Positions 28,771-36,307 of a stretch of DNA of 40,500 bases are shown here, piece by piece. Source of the DNA: a virus. Where the stretch lies: the UHGV virus genome UHGV-0090882; one strand, written 5' to 3'. Numbering within the stretch: position 1 is the stretch's first letter; every line of letters begins with the position of its first letter. Under the pieces are notes generated by a model. It was given only the letters and a program-made list of their open reading frames with translations, had not been told where the DNA came from and did not search any database. The translations under genes and the position numbers were made by a program.

Positions 28771-28782
28771 GTGACATGTCAC
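28771..28782. repeat. 12-bp palindrome GTGACATGTCAC (copy 3 of 3)
   Basis: Overlaps the stop of 28779..29120 at the same register as copy 1. Confidence 0.5.
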
Positions 28783-29120
28783 ACTATTAATTTCGTTTCA
28801 TGCCAGCCTTTAGTCACCCAGCATTGCGAGTCACCATCACACGGGCATGAATTCACAGGAACTCTCTCGCCGCACTTACCGCAACGTTTTCTGCTGATCG
28901 ATTTTATACGCCCGTGCACGCGTGCATCATCCTGGCGGATCAGTAACGCTATATACTCACCAAATTCGTAAGGCGCACGCCCGGGGCGACGCGTGGCACA
29001 GTTACGCTCCAGCATTTCAATTTCCTGAGCATCAAGCACAATTTCCAGCTTACGCACACCAGATGCAGCTTGTCTGGCTCTCTGAGCGGCTTTGCGCTCT
29101 GCTGCTGATTTAGCCATCAA
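28779..29120 (-). CDS. Zinc-ribbon protein immediately upstream of terminase (late-regulator candidate)
   Basis: 113 aa, basic N-terminus, C-terminal CGKCG...CPCDG...C cysteine cluster. Confidence 0.4.
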   Translation of the reverse strand: MMAKSAAERKAAQRARQAASGVRKLEIVLDAQEIEMLERNCATRRPGRAPYEFGEYIALLIRQDDARVHGRIKSISRKRCGKCGERVPVNSCPCDGDSQCWVTKGWHETKLIV

Positions 29121-29391
29121 TATTCACCTTTATCGCGAACACCTTTACCGGTTTATCTCCGAAGTGCGGATGTGTGATTGTCTTGATTTCATACCCTTCA
29201 TACGGGACGTCTATTCTGCGACTGGAGTCGTCGCGCTTCGGATATCCCTTTGTGATAATCAGGCGGTCATATTCCCGGAACATGATTCGCTTATTCCAGT
29301 AGTCATTACACAAGCGATACTCTTCCGTTTTCTCCCCGCGAATCATGGCATCGAAGTATTCACCTTTGACGGCAAGTTGCAGGTTAGCCAC
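29110..29391 (-). CDS. Hypothetical phage protein
   Basis: 93 aa, ORF track only. Confidence 0.35.
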   Translation of the reverse strand: MANLQLAVKGEYFDAMIRGEKTEEYRLCNDYWNKRIMFREYDRLIITKGYPKRDDSSRRIDVPYEGYEIKTITHPHFGDKPVKVFAIKVNIDG

Positions 29392-29671
29392 GACCTTCCT
29401 CCTTTGGCTTGTGAATTTGTATCGTCATGCCGCTTTGAGTGGTGACTACAACGACAGAACCAGGCTGAAGACTGTTAAGATTGAATGCTTCGTAAAACGA
29501 AGCCAAGGCCAGCGCTTTTTTATTCTTTCGGTTCCACCAACGCCATCCATTGCTACAGGCTACACTGACAATCCACTGTCCACTCCTGTAAGCCATATAA
29601 AACCAGATGAGCAAAACCTGAATGAATGCTATCCAGTCAATAATCGTATATTTCGCGAAGGAGACCATCAA
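29384..29671 (-). CDS. Hypothetical small protein with hydrophobic N-terminal half
   Basis: 95 aa, ORF track only. Confidence 0.3.
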   Translation of the reverse strand: MMVSFAKYTIIDWIAFIQVLLIWFYMAYRSGQWIVSVACSNGWRWWNRKNKKALALASFYEAFNLNSLQPGSVVVVTTQSGMTIQIHKPKEEGRG

Positions 29672-30246
29672 TTAACCTCCTGCGGCGGTTCCGGTAGAGG
29701 CATCCAGTACAAGGCGTTCCCTAACCACGATAAAGTGCCGTCGCTCAACTCCACGTATTCCCCTTGTACCTGTCCTGCCATATACTCGCCGTGCTTTGAA
29801 TAAATTAAAATCCAATCATCTTGAGCGGGCATTCGCTCACTACAGCTTATCCAACCATCCGGAGTTACCGGATAGTTGCCCGACAGCTCGTTCAACTTGT
29901 AAGTTTGGCTTACAGGTTCGGCTTCCAGTTCTGCAATGCGCTTCTCTGCAGCTTCCAGCTCAACGCGCAGCTTCCCTACCGTTAGCGCAATTTCCTCGTT
30001 CTCCTGGTCGCGGCGTTTGATGTATTGCTGGTTTCTTTCCCGTTCATCCAGCAGCGCCAGGACGGTTTCTGGTCCGGTCAGAAATTTGAAGGCGTTGAGC
30101 GCATCAATATCCACACCGTAATCCTTAAGTTCCTGTTCACTTAACAAATCATCATCAACTGGCAACATTAACAGGCGTTCCATTGCCGGAATTGCACGTT
30201 CTGCCGCCTCACGCAGTGCCTGATAGTCAATTGTCATTCTCGCCAT
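29668..30246 (-). CDS. Ea22-like protein with C-terminal DUF551-like domain
   Basis: Coiled-coil N-terminal half and C-terminus ending ...LSWLGNALYWMPLPEPP, recalled as DUF551. Confidence 0.5.
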   Translation of the reverse strand: MARMTIDYQALREAAERAIPAMERLLMLPVDDDLLSEQELKDYGVDIDALNAFKFLTGPETVLALLDERERNQQYIKRRDQENEEIALTVGKLRVELEAAEKRIAELEAEPVSQTYKLNELSGNYPVTPDGWISCSERMPAQDDWILIYSKHGEYMAGQVQGEYVELSDGTLSWLGNALYWMPLPEPPQEVN

Positions 30247-30911
30247 CCTTCACAGTTGTAATCACTACAGCCTTCAAAATCATATGGGCTGTACTGCCAG
30301 GTGATTTTTCCGCAATGCGGACAATTCCAACGCACCTTCCCGCTTCGCGACTTCTTTCTTCTGTTCTGCTCTTTCAACCAGTCAGGCATGACCAAACCTG
30401 CGCCCTGAACCATTGTTCTGCGGTTAAAGTTATTGATATTGAACGTCCGGCGCTTTGCTGCATCGGCGATGGAAAATGGCAACCAAACTATTCCTGGTTC
30501 GTTTTTGTTGGCGACGCTAAAGATGGTCGCTTTACTGAAGTCATCTGTTGGCAATCCACCGTGTTGAAGCCAGTAAACATCGTTGCCGTTCCAGCTACCT
30601 TTTTTGTAGGCTACATACGCAGTGCAATCTGACTCAATCAGGCTTTCTGTAGGGATGTACTGGCAATCAACGTGCCACACAGCCATTGCATCCACACTAT
30701 CGGCACAAACAGGCTGATCGATATCTCGCCCACAATTCCAGGCTTTTAGGGCTTCTTCCAGCGTGTAAACATGAGCGCGATCGATATCAGAACTGTAACC
30801 ATTGCCGTTATGGCAATGGAATGAGGCGTTATTACCCACAGTTTCACGCAAACACATCATGTAAAAACGGTTGCTCACTGGTTGCCTCCTTTGCGAAGCT
30901 GTTCCGCCCAT
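30234..30911 (-). CDS. Hypothetical Cys-rich protein
   Basis: C-terminal CPHCG...C...C cluster; start ambiguous (ATG 30911 or ATGATG 30860). Confidence 0.4.
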   Translation of the reverse strand: MGGTASQRRQPVSNRFYMMCLRETVGNNASFHCHNGNGYSSDIDRAHVYTLEEALKAWNCGRDIDQPVCADSVDAMAVWHVDCQYIPTESLIESDCTAYVAYKKGSWNGNDVYWLQHGGLPTDDFSKATIFSVANKNEPGIVWLPFSIADAAKRRTFNINNFNRRTMVQGAGLVMPDWLKEQNRRKKSRSGKVRWNCPHCGKITWQYSPYDFEGCSDYNCEGWRE

Positions 30912-31177
30912 TCTTCAAGGGATTTCTCCGCATATTCACCGGACAGGCCATCAATCGGGTGCGGTTCATTAGCCAACTCTTCTTTCGCTGACAGAATCAT
31001 GCGTGTAACGTCGAAAACTTCACGTAAAGACTTATTGATAAATCCGTGGTTGAAAGCAGCAGCAAGACGGCTTGCGGTATAGTTAATCCCCTCGTTGCGA
31101 GCCTCCGCACGAATTTCAGCCAGAAAAGCATCGGTGGCTGGAGTTTCGCTGTGGTGCAGGGCATCGTTGATAATCAT
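30875..31177 (-). CDS. Hypothetical phage protein
   Basis: 100 aa, ORF track only. Confidence 0.35.
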   Translation of the reverse strand: MIINDALHHSETPATDAFLAEIRAEARNEGINYTASRLAAAFNHGFINKSLREVFDVTRMILSAKEELANEPHPIDGLSGEYAEKSLEEWAEQLRKGGNQ

Positions 31178-31186
31178 TGCAGCAAC

Positions 31187-31423
31187 TCAGGCCTGCCCTG
31201 CATCCGTGACCGACACATGCTCAAGAGTTACAGCCATTGCATGTTTCAGCCCAGCATTCTCCGCCGCCAGCGCATTAGCACGCACCAGTTGCACTTCCAG
31301 TTGCGTTGCCAAATCGCTGATCAGCTTTGCCACACTGCGCATATCAACGGCACCACATTCTGCTTTCAGTTCCGAAGCCATCTCATGCCCGGAGGAAACT
31401 AACCCTTTGATATTACTTTCCAT
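31187..31423 (-). CDS. Hypothetical phage protein
   Basis: 78 aa, ORF track only. Confidence 0.3.
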   Translation of the reverse strand: MESNIKGLVSSGHEMASELKAECGAVDMRSVAKLISDLATQLEVQLVRANALAAENAGLKHAMAVTLEHVSVTDAGQA

Positions 31424-31484
31424 CTTTACCCTCGCTTATCCACATAACTTATTGATTACATTGATAACTAAAAAGATCGTCGAT

Positions 31485-31829
31485 TCAGAACTCTTCGATA
31501 TTCCAGCCACCACCTGCTTTCTTTGGTTTAACCGTTACCCCGATGATTCGGAACGGATACTGATCTGCGGCGACTTTGGTTTTCACCCTGGCGTCGTCGG
31601 TCCAGAAACCTTTCACTTCGTGCAGTTCCATCTCTCCGGTGGCGAGCATCACAGCGAAATCGGGCGTATAAAACGTGTTATCAGCTAACCGCAGCTTGAT
31701 ACCCTCGAATCGATACCAGGCGATTTCCCCTGCACGTTTACGCTGCTCAAGGTGCTGGCAATACGCAGATTCTGTTTTGTTCATCTGTCCTGTTTTGAGT
31801 CGACCAAGAGCCTGTATCTGTTTTCTCAT
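31485..31829 (-). CDS. DUF1064-like phage protein (putative nuclease fold)
   Basis: 114 aa with ...YTPDFAV...HEVKGFWTDDARVK... pattern recalled for DUF1064; first gene after replication genes. Confidence 0.45.
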   Translation of the reverse strand: MRKQIQALGRLKTGQMNKTESAYCQHLEQRKRAGEIAWYRFEGIKLRLADNTFYTPDFAVMLATGEMELHEVKGFWTDDARVKTKVAADQYPFRIIGVTVKPKKAGGGWNIEEF

Positions 31830-31893
31830 GATTTACCCCTGAGGTAATTAAAAACCACATAAGACACGAAATCAATAGATCTAAGAATATTTT

Positions 31894-31910
31894 GTTACCT
31901 ATTGGGTAAC
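31894..31910. promoter_or_regulatory. Operator-like palindrome GTTACCTATTGGGTAAC (site 7)
   Basis: Perfect inverted repeat between the P-like gene and the nin-like block. Confidence 0.5.
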
Positions 31911-31946
31911 TATTGAGGCGTAAAAAAATGCGCTATCGCGCTGGTA

Positions 31947-32747
31947 TTACTTGATAAATCCTGCTGCCTTTCCTCGCCTGTATTCCTCCATCAGCCACTG
32001 CGCCGGTGTTATTCCCCCCAGGGTGGCGGCGTTAGGCATGCACCCGAAACTTCGCCCTGGTGGATGGTAAACGTCTCTCCCTGTGTCCGGAGGTGTACTC
32101 ATGGGTTCTGGCTTTGCCTGTATGCTGATCACCGGATCGGGTATCTGCTGTCCGGAAGCCACCTTTTTCGCCCAATCATCGAGCAGCCTGCGCGCGTGTT
32201 TCTCAACCTCAATCTCGCTAAGCTGGCGCTGATACATTGCACGGCGGGTATCACATACGACCCAGTACATAACCGGATGTCGCCACGGGAATCTTTCGGG
32301 ACCACCAGGATATAAACTTTTTTCCTTGCTGTACCGGTGAAACTCCGCCATCACATCGTCAATGGTGACGCCAAGAACCATCTTGCTGTCTTTACACCAC
32401 TTGATAAATTGCCCAGGCGACGGCCAGAACGGAGATTCACTGGCGCGGGCGTGGCGCATACCAGCAGAAACCTGTTCACGGGTTCGGATCCCCCCTTCGG
32501 CAAACGCAGCAATCCACTGCTGTTTTGCAGCAACTTCCTGCTCTGGCGTCTTCAGGTTGGTTACCACTGCCGCCGGAAACAGTTGTTTCAGCTGTTTGAA
32601 AAGGGCATCAACAAGCCTCTCTGCTGACATGTTCACCACGTTGTCATTGTTGGTGTACTGATGCTCATAACCTGACATGCGAGAAAGGGCTTCTCCGTCA
32701 CGGTTTTGTATCGCGGTAAAAACGTTGTTCACAAGAAATCCTCCCAT
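31947..32747 (-). CDS. Replication protein P-like (helicase loader)
   Basis: Block KQQWIAAFAEGGIRTREQVSAGMRHARASESPFWPSPGQFIKWCKD aligns by eye with lambda P (RRQWVLAFRENGITTMEQVNAGMRVARRQNRPFLPSPGQFVAWCRE); start overlaps the O-like gene. Confidence 0.75.
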   Translation of the reverse strand: MGGFLVNNVFTAIQNRDGEALSRMSGYEHQYTNNDNVVNMSAERLVDALFKQLKQLFPAAVVTNLKTPEQEVAAKQQWIAAFAEGGIRTREQVSAGMRHARASESPFWPSPGQFIKWCKDSKMVLGVTIDDVMAEFHRYSKEKSLYPGGPERFPWRHPVMYWVVCDTRRAMYQRQLSEIEVEKHARRLLDDWAKKVASGQQIPDPVISIQAKPEPMSTPPDTGRDVYHPPGRSFGCMPNAATLGGITPAQWLMEEYRRGKAAGFIK

Positions 32748-33544
32748 GCTTCAGGGCTGTTCCAGTGCGGAACGTTGTTATCAGGTAATGTTGATTGCTT
32801 CTGTCTGCTAATCTGCAGCCGCCTTGCCAGCTTCTGCTCCCACTGTGCCTGATGGTATGCCTTACCCTCAGCCATCCAGTAAATTCTGAACTCTGCAAGT
32901 TCCTGTGCCGTTGGCAGACTGTCCAGGTAGATCCCCTGCAATGAGCTTTTCCGAAGAAAATCATCTGATGGTTGCCATTGTTCATGCATGACAAATTTGC
33001 CTAATTGCCCTGGCCCACCAGGAGGAACAAAGTTATTCATCACGGCGTTGTTTGCGCCGGGGTCATGAGGCACAGAATCCCCGGTTTTTGTCCTGCTCTC
33101 CCTCTCTTGGTTAAATGACTGGTTATATGACTGGTTCTGGATCCCGTTTTTGGGATCATTCAACATCCCGTTTTTGGGATCATTCAACATCCCGTTTTTG
33201 GGTATATTCCCGTTTTCGGTAACATTACCGTTTTCGGGTTCATTACCCCCTTCCCGGTTGCCTTTAATGTTCCCGTTTTTGGTTATATTAAGAGAGAAAA
33301 CCCGCACTCTTTTCGTCGCTCCCTTTCTCTCTCCGGTATCTGAAATAAGCCCCATTTTCATGAGCGATATAAGCCCGGCCTGCACGGTTTTTTTATTCAG
33401 GCAAGTGTCTTTAACGAGGCGTTCTATGCTGGGGTAGCAGAGGTTATATTCATCGGCTCTGTCAGCCATCGAGAGCAGTATGAGCTTTAATGACGAGCTA
33501 CCTGGATCTGTCTCCCAGGCCCAATCTGTTGCATGTCTGCTCAT
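32729..33544 (-). CDS. Replication initiator O-like protein with iterons inside the gene
   Basis: N-terminal winged-helix-like region; the central coding sequence consists of the iteron repeats and encodes repetitive NG/KNG peptides. Confidence 0.7.
   Translation of the reverse strand: MSRHATDWAWETDPGSSSLKLILLSMADRADEYNLCYPSIERLVKDTCLNKKTVQAGLISLMKMGLISDTGERKGATKRVRVFSLNITKNGNIKGNREGGNEPENGNVTENGNIPKNGMLNDPKNGMLNDPKNGIQNQSYNQSFNQERESRTKTGDSVPHDPGANNAVMNNFVPPGGPGQLGKFVMHEQWQPSDDFLRKSSLQGIYLDSLPTAQELAEFRIYWMAEGKAYHQAQWEQKLARRLQISRQKQSTLPDNNVPHWNSPEAWEDFL
33141..33285. repeat. Origin iterons: about six copies of (A)TCCCGTTTTTGGGA-like inverted-repeat units
   Basis: Direct repeats at about 33143, 33167, 33191, 33209, 33227 and 33272; unit is the complement-equivalent of the lambda ori iteron TCCCTCAAAACGAGGGA. 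Confidence 0.7.
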
Positions 33545-33559
33545 GATTAATCTCCGCTA

Positions 33560-33760
33560 TCAGCTTGAATGTTGTGGGGTGGAATTAATCATGATCTGCT
33601 TAATCTCTGCCCTGATGCGACGGTTTGATTCCATGGTGCACTCAACACAGTGTCCGTTGTAAACCCAGCGTTCACTGTCATGTCCGTGCTTACATGGTTT
33701 TCCGGTGTAGTAGCGTTTAAGTCCGCGCTTTGCGGCATCAATACGTGTAATGATTTCCAT
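33560..33760 (-). CDS. Small Cys/His-rich (zinc-binding-like) protein between cro-like gene and replication genes
   Basis: ATG at 33760; 66 aa with ...CKHGH...NGHCVEC...; the longer track start adds a hydrophobic extension and is a TTG. Confidence 0.4.
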   Translation of the reverse strand: MEIITRIDAAKRGLKRYYTGKPCKHGHDSERWVYNGHCVECTMESNRRIRAEIKQIMINSTPQHSS

Positions 33761-33810
33761 GGTAAGCCCTGTTATTAGTATTGGGATTACGGTTATTTTG
33801 TGCTGACACA

Positions 33811-33840
33811 AAAAAAAAGATCAACCAGATTTGGTTTTTT
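33811..33840. terminator. Bidirectional intrinsic terminator between cro-like gene and replication genes
   Basis: A8 - AACCAGATTTGGTT hairpin - T6; a U-run follows the hairpin in either orientation. Confidence 0.45.
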
Positions 33841-33857
33841 ATTACCTTTGAGGTACG
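33841..33857. promoter_or_regulatory. Operator-like site ATTACCTTTGAGGTACG (site 8)
   Basis: Left arm and spacer resemble sites 1 and 4; right arm degenerate. Confidence 0.4.
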
Positions 33858-33911
33858 AATAGATATGAAAAGACCGCCGGGTGGCGGTCTACAGAGGGTT
33901 GTGGCTGGATA

Positions 33912-34142
33912 TCATGAGTAGAAGAAGTATGCCAGTTCTGCTTTTGAGCGCAGCCATTGTCTTGTTTTACAGGCTTTAAAAAGACCATTCATCAATACTT
34001 TACCTGGCATTTTGCGCTTACCTGTTAAGTGAGTCTGGATATAGTGACTCGTCGTTCCGGCTTCCTGTGCGAAGGCTTCACGCTCATCCGGAGTAAGTGC
34101 AAGCCAGTGCTTTTTGAAATCGAAATGTCCGTTATCGCTCAT
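33912..34142 (-). CDS. Cro-like small HTH regulator (YdaS/Cro type)
   Basis: 76 aa, divergent from the repressor gene, HTH-like segment, first gene of the replication-direction operon. Confidence 0.5.
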   Translation of the reverse strand: MSDNGHFDFKKHWLALTPDEREAFAQEAGTTSHYIQTHLTGKRKMPGKVLMNGLFKACKTRQWLRSKAELAYFFYS

Positions 34143-34209
34143 AGCTATTGCCTGATATTTATTTCAGATAATAAATATTCACCCATAAGGTAACAAAAAT
34201 CAAGGATAG

Positions 34210-34226
34210 TTACCTATGGGGTGCAT
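34210..34226. promoter_or_regulatory. Operator-like site GTTACCTATGGGGTGCA (site 9)
   Basis: Left 10 nt as in site 7; degenerate right arm; in the divergent cro/repressor interval. Confidence 0.35.
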
Positions 34227-34243
34227 TTACCTGTTGGGTAATA
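34227..34243. promoter_or_regulatory. Operator-like palindrome TTTACCTGTTGGGTAAT (site 10)
   Basis: Abuts site 9, giving a tandem pair in the divergent promoter region. Confidence 0.45.
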
Positions 34244-34296
34244 TTGCTTTAAATTGAATCATCTACTGATTCATATATGAGGCGATTTTCCAGAAA

Positions 34297-34881
34297 ATGA
34301 AAAGTATCCAGGACGTCCGCAGGCAAAATCTCAACGACTTGATCGACCGTGAATTCAATGGTGTTCAGACGCGGATGGCAGAAAAACTTGGAACTCAGGC
34401 AAATCTGGTAAACCGCTGGGCTCTTGGCAAGAAGGTTATCGGCGACCAGGTTGCGCGAAAAATTGAAGCTGCCGCCAATAAACCCCGTAACTGGCTTGAT
34501 ATCGATCGCTCGCTTTCTCAGGAAGGTTTTCAGCCTGTCGGCCCAAGCGACATTGGTCAGCTAGCGGCTCACAACCTGGAACGCTGGATGAGCGAAAGCC
34601 GCGACCTTTCAACACAGGGAAAACTTCACCGCGCATCCGGCGTCGCCCAGGTGACAATCAGCCGCCTGTTAAACAATGAGGTCAGCGTTTCCATTTCCAC
34701 CCTGGAGAATGTTGCATCTGCATTCGGGCGTCACGGATATGAACTACTGATTCACCCGCACGATCCTGCAACTATCAACTATGACCGCTCGCGCTACGCA
34801 TTGTTACCTGAAACCGAGAAAGCAAAGATCGAAAGTTACATTGAATTTGTCATCAACCAGAACGAAAAAAACAAACAATAA
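34297..34881 (+). CDS. Prophage repressor candidate: two HTH domains, no autocleavage (S24 peptidase) domain
   Basis: 194 aa; HTH-like segments near residues 20-60 and 110-150; no G-(D/S)-SM-P / Lys peptidase motif; own terminator downstream. Confidence 0.55.
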   Translation: MKSIQDVRRQNLNDLIDREFNGVQTRMAEKLGTQANLVNRWALGKKVIGDQVARKIEAAANKPRNWLDIDRSLSQEGFQPVGPSDIGQLAAHNLERWMSESRDLSTQGKLHRASGVAQVTISRLLNNEVSVSISTLENVASAFGRHGYELLIHPHDPATINYDRSRYALLPETEKAKIESYIEFVINQNEKNKQ

Positions 34882-34901
34882 AATCATATTTTTCAGTAAG
34901 T

Positions 34902-34926
34902 AAGCCGCCATTTGGCGGCTTTTTTA
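34902..34926 (+). terminator. Rho-independent terminator of the repressor gene
   Basis: Stem AAGCCGCC-attt-GGCGGCTT followed by T-run. Confidence 0.6.
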
Positions 34927-34937
34927 TTGTCTATTTA

Positions 34938-34954
34938 ATTACCTTACGGGTAAT
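34938..34954. promoter_or_regulatory. Operator-like palindrome ATTACCTTACGGGTAAT (site 11)
   Basis: Perfect; extends to a 19-bp palindrome AATTACC...GGTAATT; about 19 bp upstream of the -35. Confidence 0.5.
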
Positions 34955-34972
34955 TTTTTTAACTCATATCTA

Positions 34973-35001
34973 TTGACACCAAACCAAATACGCATAATTA
35001 T
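34973..35001 (+). promoter_or_regulatory. Early-left (pL-like) promoter
   Basis: TTGACA at 34973-34978 with -10 candidates in CATAATTAT 14-17 nt downstream; flanked by sites 11 and 12. Confidence 0.5.
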
Positions 35002-35016
35002 TACCTCAACGGTAAC
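35000..35016. promoter_or_regulatory. Operator-like palindrome ATTACCTCAACGGTAAC (site 12)
   Basis: Overlaps the -10/+1 of the early-left promoter; an extra GGTAAC half-site follows at 35024-35029. Confidence 0.5.
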
Positions 35017-35034
35017 AAGCCGAGGTAACAAGTT

Positions 35035-35187
35035 ATGCAGTGGAAAATCATCAACGGTTGGTACTGCGTTACTGCATGCGGATTCATGAGCTGGAAGTTC
35101 CGCACCTTACAGGAAGGCATTAAGTGGGCTTTCGTCAGCAAAGAAGCTCGCGATGTGGCCAACGATAACGAGATATGGGAGGGCTGA
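35035..35187 (+). CDS. Small ORF (50 aa), first gene of early-left operon; not in ORF track
   Basis: ATG 35035 to TGA 35185-35187, found by reading the sequence; stop adjoins the next ATG (TGATAATG). Confidence 0.3.
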   Translation: MQWKIINGWYCVTACGFMSWKFRTLQEGIKWAFVSKEARDVANDNEIWEG

Positions 35188-35189
35188 TA

Positions 35190-35489
35190 ATGAACGTTAA
35201 TCAGCAGAAAAATCTTCAAAAAATCATGCTGGCATTCGACAAGGACTACCGCCTGTCAGAACAGCTATATGACCGACAAGTTGAACTGATCGATAGCATC
35301 CGGCTTCATCAACTGGCCTCAACTTTTGACGCTGTAACAGGCAAAGGAGTTCGCCAGGAAGTACTGGAGGCTGCTAAAGACAGCCCTGAGTTCGAAGAAC
35401 TGATGGATGCCTACCGGCGAGAGGCAATGGCAATTATCGCCCGCTGGGATCTGGCGGATCGGATTGATGGGCAGAGGGAAGCGGCATGA
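35190..35489 (+). CDS. Hypothetical early protein
   Basis: ATG at 35190 (MNVNQQ...), 99 aa; 4-nt overlap with the nuclease gene. Confidence 0.4.
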   Translation: MNVNQQKNLQKIMLAFDKDYRLSEQLYDRQVELIDSIRLHQLASTFDAVTGKGVRQEVLEAAKDSPEFEELMDAYRREAMAIIARWDLADRIDGQREAA

Positions 35490-36307
35490 AACCGGGAATT
35501 TATTTCGACATCAGCAACGAAGACTACCACGCCGGGGACGGCGTGAGTAAGTCGCAACTGGACATGGTTGCCAAGAATCCGGCGCTTCTTAAATGGGTTC
35601 AGGCAGCACCAGAAGACGAAGAGAAAAAGTCTGCACTGGATATGGGAACCGCATTGCACTGTCTGCTTCTGGAGCCTGGAGAGTTCGACAAACGCTTCAT
35701 TGTTTCGCCGAAATTCGATCGTCGGACGAAACAAGGTAAAGCTGACGAAGATGCATTTCTTCGTGATGTGGCGGATATGGGGATTACGGTACTTGATGCC
35801 GAGCAGTGGCGGAAACTGGAGCTGATGCGTGATAGCGCAATGGCTCACCCGGCGGCACGCTGGATGTTGGAAGCACCTGGTTACTGCGAAGCATCAATGT
35901 ACTGGAACGATGAAGATACGGGTGAGTTGTGCCGAATTCGTCCAGACAAATGGCTGAACGAGCACAACGTGATCGTCGACGTGAAAAAGGTTGCAGATAT
36001 GGACCGTTTTGCACGCCACATCGAGGAATTCCGCTACCACGTGCAGGACGCAATGTACCGCGAAGGCGCAATGAGGGTTACTGGTCAGCCGCATGGTTTT
36101 TTCTTTCTTGCCGTGAGCGAAAGCATTGATTGTGGTCGGTATCCGGTACGCGTGTTCGAGCTGGATGCGCCGGATGTCGATGCCGGGCACGCTCTGTTCC
36201 GCCGGGATCTGAATACCTATCACGAATGCCGCATCAACGATGAATGGGGCGGAGTGGAAATTATTAAACGCCCTGACTGGGCACGTAAACAGGATATGTA
36301 CGTATGA
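35486..36307 (+). CDS. PD-(D/E)XK-type exonuclease (exodeoxyribonuclease VIII / YqaJ-like) partnering Bet
   Basis: 273 aa; N-terminal MKPGIYFDISNEDYHAGDGVSKSQLD... recalled from prophage exonuclease VIII-like proteins; translationally coupled to the annealing-protein gene. Confidence 0.6.
   Translation: MKPGIYFDISNEDYHAGDGVSKSQLDMVAKNPALLKWVQAAPEDEEKKSALDMGTALHCLLLEPGEFDKRFIVSPKFDRRTKQGKADEDAFLRDVADMGITVLDAEQWRKLELMRDSAMAHPAARWMLEAPGYCEASMYWNDEDTGELCRIRPDKWLNEHNVIVDVKKVADMDRFARHIEEFRYHVQDAMYREGAMRVTGQPHGFFFLAVSESIDCGRYPVRVFELDAPDVDAGHALFRRDLNTYHECRINDEWGGVEIIKRPDWARKQDMYV

Noticed and set aside
33141-33285. Repeat array as a CRISPR array
   Set aside because: Repeats are short, lie inside a coding sequence, have no unique spacers or leader, and match lambda-type iterons.
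34153-34168. CTGA-N8-TCAG palindrome near the cro-like gene start as a second LexA box
   Set aside because: Positions 4 and 13 differ from the CTGT/ACAG consensus; more likely part of the promoter/RBS region.
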